Below are positions 1 through 7,380 of a DNA stretch of 32,000 nucleotides, piece by piece; the stretch's first letter is position 1, and each line of letters opens with the position of its first letter. Origin of the DNA: Candidatus Iainarchaeum sp. GTDB taxonomy: Archaea > Iainarchaeota > Iainarchaeia > Iainarchaeales > JAZDEL01. The position numbers and the translations under genes are program-made. The notes beneath the pieces were generated by a model. The model did not search any database, had not been told where the DNA came from, and saw only the letters and a program-made list of their open reading frames with translations. Location of the stretch: positions 150,001-182,000 of the forward strand of contig JAZDEL010000002.1 in NCBI GenBank assembly GCA_043808785.1, in the 5' to 3' direction.

Positions 1-1004
1 TCCTTTTCCTTCTCCTTCATTCCCTTTATTGTTGTTATGGCCCTTGCCTGCACTATGTAGGTTTTCTTAGCCTCGACAGCCCACTCTATATCCTGCGGGG
101 AGCCATAATGTTGCTCTATCCTCCTCCCTATTTCCGCAAGCTTCACTATTTCCTCGTCCGAAATTTTCTGCAGGCTCCTTTTCTTTTGAGGCACATCCGC
201 CTTCTTGCTCCCCCTTCCCGCCCTTTCAAGCATCCACTCCTGCTCGCTCATTTTCTTCTGCGCTATTGCGAGGGTTTTTTTGTCAACCCTGTATGTGTCG
301 GGCGTTACCGCGCCCGAAACAACAACCTCCCCAAGGCCGTAAGCAGCCTCTATAACAATAACATCATCCTCCCCGCTTGCGGGATCCGCGGTGAACATCA
401 CCCCTGCGGTTTCGCTGTTAACCATTTTCTGCACAACGACGGCAATTCCGACCTGGCTTGTTTCGAAGCCCTGCCTTTTCCTGTAATATGTGGCCCTTGC
501 AGTGAAAAGCGATGCCCAGCACATTTTGACTTTCTCAACAAGGTCCTTTCCGCCGAGCACATTCAGGTATGTTTCCTGCTGTCCCGCGAACGAGGCGCTT
601 GGCAGGTCCTCCGCTGTTGCTGATGAGCGCACAGCAACATATTCGTCCTCGCTGCTTGTAAGCCCCAGCCCCAGCCTGCGCGAGCACATCTTTGCATATG
701 CCTTCCTTATTTCAATATCCAGCGCCTCGGGCATTTTTGAGGCGAGAATAAGCTGCCTTATTTTTTCGGTTGTGCCGTTAAGTTGTTCCGTGTTTTCAAC
801 GTCTATCGCACCTATTTCCTTGTTTATAGTGTCCCTTATATTCGCCTCGTCAAGGAACGAAAAATAGGCCTGCGATGTGACTATGAACGCGGGCGGCACT
901 GGAAAGCCCGCATTGACAAGCTCGCCGAGGTTTGCTCCCTTTCCCCCGACAATGCCCACATCGCCCTTGCGTATTTCTTCCAGCCAGGCAATATCCTTCT
1001 TCAT
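1..1004 (-). CDS. ppsA: Phosphoenolpyruvate synthase, N-terminal ~334 codons; the gene continues past the window start
   Basis: Absent from the ORF track because it is open to the window edge. Manual reverse translation from the ATG (rc of 1002-1004) gives MKKDIAWLEEIRKGDVGIVGGKGANLGEL...SSATAEDLPSASFAGQQETYLNV...GSPQDIEWAV...YIVQAR, the typical PpsA/PPDK nucleotide-binding N-domain. Confidence 0.85.
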   Translation of the reverse strand, partial: MKKDIAWLEEIRKGDVGIVGGKGANLGELVNAGFPVPPAFIVTSQAYFSFLDEANIRDTINKEIGAIDVENTEQLNGTTEKIRQLILASKMPEALDIEIRKAYAKMCSRRLGLGLTSSEDEYVAVRSSATAEDLPSASFAGQQETYLNVLGGKDLVEKVKMCWASLFTARATYYRKRQGFETSQVGIAVVVQKMVNSETAGVMFTADPASGEDDVIVIEAAYGLGEVVVSGAVTPDTYRVDKKTLAIAQKKMSEQEWMLERAGRGSKKADVPQKKRSLQKISDEEIVKLAEIGRRIEQHYGSPQDIEWAVEAKKTYIVQARAITTIKGMKEKEK

Positions 1005-1196
1005 TTGCACCGTATTATAAAAGTGCAACTATATTTATATGTTCTTGCCTGCCCCTGCCCGGCATAACCCGCTGCCGAACCCTGAAAACCGAAGAATTAG
1101 CGTTTGTTGTTTTTATTGCCGGCAAACCAAAAAACTGGCGTTTGTTTTTGTTTGTTTTGCCGTTTTGTTTAATTTCCCTTCTTGCCGCTGCGCTGC

Positions 1197-1420
1197 TTAC
1201 TTCTTCCCCTTTCCCGTGTCTTTCCCTTCGGGCTTCTTTCCTTTGTCCTCGCCCTTCTTTTCCTCGCCCTTGCCGCCCTTTCCCTCGGCCTTCGCGTCCT
1301 TGCCCTTCGCGGCATCGGCGCCTTCCTTGCCCTTGTCGGCCTCGCCCTTCGCCTCCGCGCCCTCTTTGCCTTCCCCTTCCTCCTCTTTCTTCTCTTCCTT
1401 CTCCTCGAGCTTGACCTTCC
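1197..1420. repeat. Polypyrimidine (+ strand) low-complexity tract encoding the L10e tail
   Basis: A is almost absent from the + strand here. Line 1201-1260 contains 7 G and no A, and line 1261-1320 contains a single A. The tract is built from reiterated ccctt/cgcc motifs. Confidence 0.8.
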
Positions 1421-1964
1421 TCGGCAGGGTTCCTATGGACTTTATGTCCGTGCCGACGCGCACGCTAACCTTGCATGGCAGCCTTGCATTCGCGCGCAGG
1501 AGTATTTTCTTTGCGGCCTCGACATGCTCTTCAGCAACAAGCACGCTGAGTATTTTCAGCCCTTTCCTCGCCTGTATCGCCCTTCCTATAGGCCTGCCGA
1601 AAGGGTGAGACATCCCTTTCTGTATCCTGTCCGCATGCGCCCCCTGCGCCTGCTTGTTCTCGCGCAGCACGTGGTAAGGGTAAATCCTTATCTTCATGAA
1701 GAACGCGTCTTTCCCAAGCGCCTTTGTCAGGCCGCGGGTTACAAGTATCCTCACGCTCTCGATTGCGTTGTCCCTTATCTGCACAGCTTCCTCTACTTTG
1801 AGGTCAAGGATGTGCGTGTATTTCCCCAGGGGGTTGCCCATATTGAACTGCCTGGTTTTCATTCCCGGGGTTGCGCCTATGTAGTTCTTCCTCGGCACGA
1901 CATCCGCAAAGCGCGTGTATGCGCGCTTTATCCGCCTATAGCACTTTCCAGGCCTGAGACCCAT
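1197..1964 (-). CDS. rpl10e: Ribosomal protein uL16 (L10e) with a ~75-aa Lys/Glu/Gly/Ala-rich C-terminal tail
   Basis: MGLRPGKCYRRIKRAYTR...YPYHVLRENK...HPFGRPIG matches the L10e core. The track start at 1973 is GTG. The ATG at 1964 (cat 1962-1964) gives the canonical N-terminus. The tail is KVKLEEKEEKKEEEGEGKEG...GKDTGKGKK. Confidence 0.9.
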   Translation of the reverse strand: MGLRPGKCYRRIKRAYTRFADVVPRKNYIGATPGMKTRQFNMGNPLGKYTHILDLKVEEAVQIRDNAIESVRILVTRGLTKALGKDAFFMKIRIYPYHVLRENKQAQGAHADRIQKGMSHPFGRPIGRAIQARKGLKILSVLVAEEHVEAAKKILLRANARLPCKVSVRVGTDIKSIGTLPRKVKLEEKEEKKEEEGEGKEGAEAKGEADKGKEGADAAKGKDAKAEGKGGKGEEKKGEDKGKKPEGKDTGKGKK

Positions 1965-2168
1965 AAAAAACACCGTGCAATGAACCGCTGTATGCCCGTT
2001 ATATCCAATCCTTTGCCTATCGCAAATCAGGGAATTATTACAAATTCTGCCATGGAACGGCTTTTAAAGGTTTGCTGGCGGCTGCGGTTTGGGTTGGCGA
2101 GCCCTTCTTCGCGTCAACATAACTTCTTTAAATATTTGGGCAGGTTGCGGCGCACGGCAGCCGAGCAA

Positions 2169-2552
2169 TCAGCCGCCCTCGCCGGGCACTCCCTCCTCAA
2201 GGCACCTCTTTACAGTATCCAACAGTTCCTTTTTCCCGAACGGCTTTGTAACATACGCGCAGAGCCCCTGCTTTTTGAACGCCTCAATCTGCTCGTTTGG
2301 CGCGAACATCACGGTAAGGAACATTATGGGCGTCTTCTTGTCCCTCTCCCTTATGCGCTGGAACACGTCCCAGCCCGACATGCCGGGCATCATTATGTCT
2401 AGGATAACCAAATCAACCTTCTCCCTTGCGAGCTTTTCAAGGCAGTCGTCGCCGGAATATGCGGGCAAAACCTCGTAGCCCTCGTTCTCGAGCATTATCT
2501 TCACCATCTGCACGATTGCCTTCTCGTTGTCAACAACCATTATTTTGGCCAT
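2169..2552 (-). CDS. Stand-alone CheY-like response regulator receiver domain
   Basis: MAKIMVVDNE...DLVILDIMMPGMSGWDV...VTKPF carries the receiver Asp pocket and the conserved Lys. The ATG at 2552 is preceded by a G-rich, SD-like run (rc caggggggcttcaaaATG). Confidence 0.85.
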   Translation of the reverse strand: MAKIMVVDNEKAIVQMVKIMLENEGYEVLPAYSGDDCLEKLAREKVDLVILDIMMPGMSGWDVFQRIRERDKKTPIMFLTVMFAPNEQIEAFKKQGLCAYVTKPFGKKELLDTVKRCLEEGVPGEGG

Positions 2553-2640
2553 TTTGAAGCCCCCCTGTTTTTTTCTTTTCGCCCGCATTTTTTATCCAAT
2601 AAATCCCGAAGCGGTTAAAAAACTTTCCCGCCGTTCGGCG

Positions 2641-4041
2641 TCATGTTTTCGCGCCAAGCGGCAGGGAAAAATAAAACGCCGAGCCCTTCCCCGGCCTTGA
2701 TTCCGCCCATATATTTCCGCCGTGCGCCTCCACGATTCCTTTCGAAATCGCAAGCCCCAAGCCGAGCCCCTCGGCAGGGCGCTTTGCCGAGCGGTCCGCC
2801 TGGTAAAATTTCGTGAAGAGCCTGTGCATGTCATTTTCAGCAATCCCTATTCCAGTGTCGCTTACAGCAACAACAATGTCGTTCCCCCTTCTCTCCGCCA
2901 ACACCTCGGCCTTCCCCCCGCAGGGGGTGAATTTTACCGCATTCTTTATAAGGTTGCCCAGCACCTGCACAACCCTTGTGTTGTCCGCGGTTATGTTCGG
3001 CATGCCTCCGCATTCGCGCGCGACCAGCGCTACTTTTTTCTTGCATGCAAAGGGATCCATTTCCATAACCGCGCTTTCAATAGCCTTGCACACGCTCATT
3101 TCGCCCTTGTCGAGCCTCAGCCTTCCCGAATTTATCCTGCTGAAATCCAGGACATCGTTTATCAGCCTGCCGAGCCTTTCCGAACTCTCGGTTATTATCG
3201 CTATTGCCTCCCTCTGCTTCGGCGTGAGCGTTCCGCCTTTTTCTTCGTTGAGGATGTCGGCATAGCCCCTTATCGGCACAAGCGGCGTCACAAGCTCGTG
3301 CGAAACTATGTTGAAGAACTCGTCCTTCTCCCTATCAAGGCTTTTTAGCCCCTCATTTGCCTTTGCAAGCTCCGCTGTCCTCTCCCTCACTTTGTTTTCC
3401 AGTTCGTCGCGCGCTTTGAGCAGCGCATCCTCGATGGTTTTCCTCTCGAGCGCCACAGCAGCCTGATTTATGAACGTCTCCGTAGCCTCCCTGTCTGCAA
3501 GGCTTTTTCCCCTGCGCATTATTATTGCCGCATTCCCCAGCAGCCTGCCCTTTCTCCTGAGCCCCATCGCATAGATGTCGCCGATGTTGAACAGCCTTTC
3601 GATCGCGCCGCACGCAGCCTTTGGCACCTGCCCGAACATCAGCCTGTAAATCCCCCCTTCAATCTTTTCAAGCCTGCCGCCCGTCATTCCCCTTATGGCT
3701 TCCTCGTCCGCAACGAACTTCATCTCGGGCAGTTTTTTTCCGAGCAGCCTGTCAAGCTTTTTCGCGTTGCCCCCGAGCCCCGCAATCGCGCGCAGGCGGG
3801 TGCACTTTTCCTCGTGGCTGAACGAGTTAACGCAGACAATCGCGTCCCCCGTGAGTTCCCCAAGCCTTTCCGCTATGTGCAGGTAAATGTCCCCTTCCTG
3901 CGGGAACTCGACGAATTCCATGGCGGTTTTTGACAGGAACCGCAGGCTGCGCAGGTGTTCCCCGCTGCCGCCATTTTCCTCCGCTGCGGCTCGCCCGCCA
4001 ATTTCCAGCCCGGCAGCCTTCCCGCTTTTCCGTGTGCGCAT
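2641..4041 (-). CDS. Sensor histidine kinase (GAF-like N-domain, coiled coil, HisKA, HATPase_c)
   Basis: The H-box is FFNIVSHELVTPLVPIRGYADIL. The N box is NLIKNAVKFT and the G boxes are DTGIGI...GLGLGLAISKGIVEAHGG. The gene lies directly upstream of the receiver gene. Confidence 0.85.
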   Translation of the reverse strand: MRTRKSGKAAGLEIGGRAAAEENGGSGEHLRSLRFLSKTAMEFVEFPQEGDIYLHIAERLGELTGDAIVCVNSFSHEEKCTRLRAIAGLGGNAKKLDRLLGKKLPEMKFVADEEAIRGMTGGRLEKIEGGIYRLMFGQVPKAACGAIERLFNIGDIYAMGLRRKGRLLGNAAIIMRRGKSLADREATETFINQAAVALERKTIEDALLKARDELENKVRERTAELAKANEGLKSLDREKDEFFNIVSHELVTPLVPIRGYADILNEEKGGTLTPKQREAIAIITESSERLGRLINDVLDFSRINSGRLRLDKGEMSVCKAIESAVMEMDPFACKKKVALVARECGGMPNITADNTRVVQVLGNLIKNAVKFTPCGGKAEVLAERRGNDIVVAVSDTGIGIAENDMHRLFTKFYQADRSAKRPAEGLGLGLAISKGIVEAHGGNIWAESRPGKGSAFYFSLPLGAKT

Positions 4042-4061
4042 GCCGATAATATGCCTTTTCG

Positions 4062-4077
4062 GTTAATAAACCTTTTT
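4062..4077 (-). promoter_or_regulatory. BRE/TATA-like box (rc AAAAAGGTTTATTAAC) ~25 nt upstream of the kinase ATG
   Basis: 20 nt separate the box from the ATG at 4041, a spacing consistent with a leaderless or very short-leader transcript. The same AAAGGTT-W-rich motif recurs upstream of several other genes. Confidence 0.45.
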
Positions 4078-4107
4078 GCAGGTGCTTCGCCGCAAGTTCC
4101 CCGCGCA

Positions 4108-4488
4108 TCAGCAGACCTTTATCTCAATCCGCGAATATGCGGGCTTCGCATATATCGCCTGCTTCACGCGCTCAAGCACAACCATGCCCCGCAGTTTTAA
4201 GTATGTGATGTCCCTGCTTATTGCCTCCTGCTTCCTGCCCAATCCGGAGGCGACCTGCGAAACCGATTCGGGTTTTTCATCCGCGTGCGTTTGCATGAGG
4301 TAGCGGAGCAAATCCATCCTTTTCGGGGAAAGCAGTTCGTCAAGCTGCGCGTATGTGTCGAGGTAAAGCGCGTTCTTGGGCTGCTTTATTTCGCTGAGCG
4401 GCTTGTCCGAGAAAAGTTCGTCATAATCGGCCTCTATGTCCCGCCCTATGAATATTGTCAGCGTTTGTTCTTTCTGTTTTTTCCCCAT
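4108..4488 (-). CDS. Winged-HTH DNA-binding protein (HVO_A0114-like / COG4190-like), putative antitoxin or regulator
   Basis: MGKKQKEQTLTIFIG...LDELLSPKRMDLLRYL...SVSQVASGLGRKQEAISRDITYLKLRGMVVLERV...YSRIEIKV. The LSPKR-x-LL plus wHTH layout matches that family as I recall it. The ATG is at 4488 (cat 4486-4488). Confidence 0.6.
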   Translation of the reverse strand: MGKKQKEQTLTIFIGRDIEADYDELFSDKPLSEIKQPKNALYLDTYAQLDELLSPKRMDLLRYLMQTHADEKPESVSQVASGLGRKQEAISRDITYLKLRGMVVLERVKQAIYAKPAYSRIEIKVC

Positions 4489-4516
4489 GTTTCTCACCAG
4501 TTTGAAGTGTGATGTG

Positions 4517-4532
4517 ATAACATATATGTTAT
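4517..4532. promoter_or_regulatory. Perfect 16-nt palindrome ATAACATATATGTTAT between a TATA-like box (4544-4558) and the wHTH gene ATG; candidate operator
   Basis: The sequence was read directly and is its own reverse complement. It sits about where a transcript from the box at 4544-4558 (rc AAAAGGTTTATTAAC) would start. Confidence 0.4.
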
Positions 4533-4574
4533 ATAACGTGCGTGTTAATAAACCTTTTGCATTGCCTTTTGCCT

Positions 4575-4919
4575 TCATTTGGAAAGCCTGTTCATGAAAT
4601 ATGCCTCTTTGTACCTTTCCCAGTTGTTTTTTATGTCCGCCCTGCACTCCCTGAAAGCCCGCATCGATATTTCGCCGTCAAGGCATCTTTCGTGCTTTTG
4701 CCCAAGCCCCCTGTAAAAACGGTGCACATGGCAGTATCCGTGTGCGGTATCGAACATTATTATTTTGTGCACGCCGCTGCCTGTCTCGCATACCTGCATA
4801 ACCGTGAATGCGGCAACGCGTTTCTTTCCGCCGCTGAGCGTGATGCTTGTAAACATGAAGTCGCCCGCACCCATCCCAAGAGGGTGCCTTTTTTCATAGA
4901 CTTCCGCATCCATGCCCAT
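4575..4919 (-). CDS. Small His/Cys-rich protein (DUF6516 / TumE-like pattern), possible toxin partner of the downstream wHTH
   Basis: The 114-aa ORF contains FDTAHGYCHVHRFY, a D-x-A-H-G-x-x-H-x-H pattern I recall from DUF6516. A TATA-like ATATTTATAAG (rc of ~4945-4957) lies ~30 nt upstream. The gene is co-directional with the wHTH gene, 86 nt away. Confidence 0.5.
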   Translation of the reverse strand: MGMDAEVYEKRHPLGMGAGDFMFTSITLSGGKKRVAAFTVMQVCETGSGVHKIIMFDTAHGYCHVHRFYRGLGQKHERCLDGEISMRAFRECRADIKNNWERYKEAYFMNRLSK

Positions 4920-5020
4920 CCTAAATACTTCGGAAAATCTGGCTTATAAATATGCGCAGGGTTCATTTCCACTGCGCGGACGTGCGCCCTGAACTTCAGC
5001 ACGCTTTTTTGCAGGCGCAA

Positions 5021-5566
5021 TCAGCGCCTGTGAAACAGCCTTTTAAAGAATCCTTTTTTTGGTGCAGGTTTTGGCGGCGTTATTGCTAATTCAGGGGGCG
5101 CTATGACCTCCGCGGAATATTTGCCGGTCATTTTGATGTTTCCGCGCCTGAGCCACGCTTTCTCCATCCTTTTGCCAAAATCAGTCAATGCCATCCTTTT
5201 TGGAGTAGGTTCATACCACGTAACTTTTGTTGCTTTGTGCTTTTTTAGTGCCTGATTTATCAATTCTGCCCCCAATGATATCTTGTGTTTCCTCGCAAAC
5301 ATTAAATTCCCGCGCCAGTGCTTGTTTACCCATATATACTTGATTTTTATTGAAGCATTTGCCCCATAAATCCCCTTTACCTTATATGTTATAAAACCGT
5401 GGAGGGTATTTTTGTCTACTATTGCTACGAGGTGGTGCCCCTTCTCCTTCGTTATTCCATTGTCTAGCATAAGTTTTACTCCGTAGCTTATATTGGGGAG
5501 TTTCCGGGCAGTATGCTTCGGCTTTATAAAAACAACCTTGAACTGTTCATCACTTCCCTCGTTCAT
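5021..5566 (-). CDS. Hypothetical protein, low-GC, weak GNAT-like core, basic C-terminus
   Basis: The ATG at 5566 (MNEGSDEQFKVVFIK...) is used because the longer track ORF runs through the tRNA gene. Sampled lines 5221-5280 and 5341-5400 are ~32-35% GC. IKYIWVNKHWRGN...LGAELINQALKK weakly resembles an acetyltransferase core. Confidence 0.5.
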   Translation of the reverse strand: MNEGSDEQFKVVFIKPKHTARKLPNISYGVKLMLDNGITKEKGHHLVAIVDKNTLHGFITYKVKGIYGANASIKIKYIWVNKHWRGNLMFARKHKISLGAELINQALKKHKATKVTWYEPTPKRMALTDFGKRMEKAWLRRGNIKMTGKYSAEVIAPPELAITPPKPAPKKGFFKRLFHRR

Positions 5567-5592
5567 ACTTGCCACTTTCCCAGAAATAGGAA

Positions 5593-5663
5593 AGCTGGGC
5601 AAGGGAGTCGAACCCTTCTCTCCCGGTCTGCAGCCGGGTGCATAGCCACTCTGCCAGCCCAGC
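5593..5663 (-). tRNA. tRNA-Cys (anticodon GCA), no encoded CCA, no intron
   Basis: The rc reads GCTGGGC-TG-GCAG..TGC-A-CCCGG-CTGCAGA-CCGGG-AGAG-AAGGG-TTCGACT-CCCTT-GCCCAGC-T. It has a 7-bp acceptor stem, a 5-bp anticodon stem with loop CU-GCA-GA, a T-loop TTCGACT and discriminator U as expected for Cys. Confidence 0.9.
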
Positions 5664-5685
5664 ACGCGGTTGCGCCCGCGTGTGA

Positions 5686-5720
5686 CGCGTGCTGCCTGCG
5701 GCAGCACTAGCCTGCACGCC
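5686..5720 (-). repeat. Copy A of a GC-rich hairpin element, in the tRNA-Cys 5' leader
   Basis: The stem is gtgctgcc (5689-5696), the loop tgc, and the return arm ggcagcac (5700-5707). 5686-5697 is identical to 18159-18170, and 5699-5720 is identical to 18223-18244. Confidence 0.85.
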
Positions 5721-5780
5721 CTAATTCCCGAAACCGCGCCGCTGATATACTATTTAACGCTTTGCATTTAAAGGTTTGTT

Positions 5781-6722
5781 ATGCCCCCCGAAGCCGAGTC
5801 CGAGTGCTGTATTCTGGTTAAAACAGCGCCCGAAATCTCCCTTAAAACCCATTACGTGCGCAGGTATTTCATGGGCAAATTGGCGAAGAACATGAAGGCG
5901 GCGTTCCGTGCGAAAGGCCTCAGCGGGAACCGTATGGTTAAGGGGAGGGGGCGCATCTTCCTGTACGCGCCGGAGGCGAAGGCGAAGAAACTTGCAAAGG
6001 TTCTTCCCTACATTTTCGGCATCCATTCCTTCGCCCTTGCCGAGGCGCACAAAACCACGGAGCTGAACGAGATTGCGGATTTTGTTGTTGTTTTTGCGCG
6101 CAAACTTATAAAACAAAACAACACATTCGCAATCCGCGGCAGGGTTGCGGCGGAAAAGAAATACTCCTCGAAAGACCTCGAAATCGCGCTCGGTTCCGCG
6201 GTTCTCGAAAGCCTGAAAGAAAAAAAACCTAAAGTGAACCTCTCGAACCCGAAGCGCGAGATTTTTGTCGAGGTGCAGGGACGGGAAACTTTCGTTTATG
6301 CGTGGCAGGAGAAAGGCGCAGGGGGGCTTCCCCTCGGCTGCGAGGGCACGGTTGCCGTGCTCTTCGAGGGCAAGAAGGACGAGGCGCTCGCCGCATTCCT
6401 CGTCATGAGGCGCGGGTGCAATGTTTTCCCTCTCGTGAAAAGCAAAACCGCGAAGGTTCTCGCAAACATAAAAAAACTGGTCCCGTGGAATTCGTGGCGC
6501 AAGTTCAAGCCAACCCCGATGCGCGAACTCGGCGTTTTGGTTTCGAAGCCCGATATCTCGGCAAAGGCGCTGGTGCTTGCGGACGCGAAGCCGAGGAAGC
6601 AGGCGCTTTCCCGCGGAATGCCCGGAAAGTTTGACGCAAAGGTGCCTCTGCTTTACCCCCTCGCGTTTTACCCCAAGGAACTGAAAAATGAAAAAATGCG
6701 CGCGATTGCCGGAGGCGCCTGA
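5781..6722 (+). CDS. ThiI-like THUMP-domain protein in which the PP-loop motif is not recognisable
   Basis: The N-terminus CCILVKTAPEISLKTHYVRRYF and the following THUMP-like region resemble ThiI. Where ThiI has LLSGGIDS, this protein has AVLFEGKKDE. The C-terminus VPLLYPLAFYPKELKNEKMRAI resembles the ThiI PLIG-x-DK-x-EI segment. Confidence 0.65.
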   Translation: MPPEAESECCILVKTAPEISLKTHYVRRYFMGKLAKNMKAAFRAKGLSGNRMVKGRGRIFLYAPEAKAKKLAKVLPYIFGIHSFALAEAHKTTELNEIADFVVVFARKLIKQNNTFAIRGRVAAEKKYSSKDLEIALGSAVLESLKEKKPKVNLSNPKREIFVEVQGRETFVYAWQEKGAGGLPLGCEGTVAVLFEGKKDEALAAFLVMRRGCNVFPLVKSKTAKVLANIKKLVPWNSWRKFKPTPMRELGVLVSKPDISAKALVLADAKPRKQALSRGMPGKFDAKVPLLYPLAFYPKELKNEKMRAIAGGA

Positions 6723-6723
6723 A

Positions 6724-7380
6724 ATGATAAGCGCATTGATTTTCGACCTTGACGGCGTTCTTGCCGACACCCCGGGCGTTTATTTCACGCTTATCCGCGA
6801 TTTCCTGAAAAGCAAGGGCTTCACATACACCGAGGAGCAGTTCTCGGAGCAGATAGGCGTGCCCTTCAGGATAAAGGCCGCATCGCTGAACAAAAAGTTC
6901 GGCGCGGACATACCTTATGAGGAATACCAGCGCGCGGTAAAGGCAAAATCCCTGGAGATTTTCGGGCGCAGCCTCAAGCCCGCGCCGGGGCTTCTCGACT
7001 TGCTCAAAATGCTGAAAAAAAATTCAATCAGGGTTGCTGTCGCAACAAACAACAGCGAGGAATCGACAACGAAAATCCTGAATATTCTCGGCTTGCGCGG
7101 TTCGTTCGAAGCTGTAATTCACTTCGGCATGGTTTCGAAGCCGAAGCCGGAACCGGATGTTTACCTTGCCGCAGCGAAAGCCCTCGGCCTTCCCGCAGGG
7201 GAATGCTGCGCCGTCGAGGACACCGCGCTCGGCATAAAGGCAGCGAAAGCCGCGGGAATGAGGTGCATAGCAATCCCCTCCCCCCTCGACCTGCACGGCG
7301 ATTTCAGCATTGCCGATGCGAAGGTTTCAAAACTCTCGGAGATAAATATGAAATTGCTAAACCGTTTGGGTGAGAACTGA
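6724..7380 (+). CDS. HAD-superfamily phosphatase (beta-phosphoglucomutase-like subfamily)
   Basis: Motif I is LIFDLDGVLADT. VAVATNN, KPKPEPDVY and CAVEDTALGIKAAKAAGM supply motifs II-IV. The ATG at 6724 lies 1 nt after the upstream TGA (6720-6722). Confidence 0.85.
   Translation: MISALIFDLDGVLADTPGVYFTLIRDFLKSKGFTYTEEQFSEQIGVPFRIKAASLNKKFGADIPYEEYQRAVKAKSLEIFGRSLKPAPGLLDLLKMLKKNSIRVAVATNNSEESTTKILNILGLRGSFEAVIHFGMVSKPKPEPDVYLAAAKALGLPAGECCAVEDTALGIKAAKAAGMRCIAIPSPLDLHGDFSIADAKVSKLSEINMKLLNRLGEN

Noticed and set aside
1095-1175. A GTTT/GTTTT-rich microsatellite-like tract and the palindrome ttgccggcaa downstream of the L10e gene.
   Set aside because: It is short, imperfect and lies in an intergenic spacer. 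The A6 run at 1129-1134 (T6 on the transcribed strand) is adequately explained as an archaeal oligo-T terminator, and there is no evidence of a distinct element.
1182-2402. A 406-aa plus-strand ORF spanning the L10e gene, an intergenic region and the response-regulator gene.
   Set aside because: It is antisense to two genes with clear homology. Its translation is low-complexity (L/P/R/F-rich), and it stays open only because of the strand composition. It is treated as a shadow ORF. The same applies to 108-623, 932-1414 and 1039-1608 on the plus strand, which are antisense to ppsA/L10e.
4042-5020. A search for a direct repeat of the tRNA-Cys 3' half (an att site) bounding the low-GC block.
   Set aside because: By eye I found no second copy of agctgggcaagggagtcgaacc or of any substantial part of it in the intergenic regions 4042-4107, 4489-4574 or 4920-5020. 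An integrated-element boundary therefore cannot be claimed from this window.
5567-5707. The N-terminal extension of track ORF 5021-5707.
   Set aside because: The extension is translated straight through the tRNA-Cys gene and its leader hairpin. The internal ATG at 5566 is the plausible start.
5754-6770. A 338-aa minus-strand ORF fully overlapping the ThiI-like gene.
   Set aside because: The plus-strand product has recognisable THUMP/ThiI similarity and tight coupling to the downstream HAD gene. The antisense product is Arg-rich with no motif.
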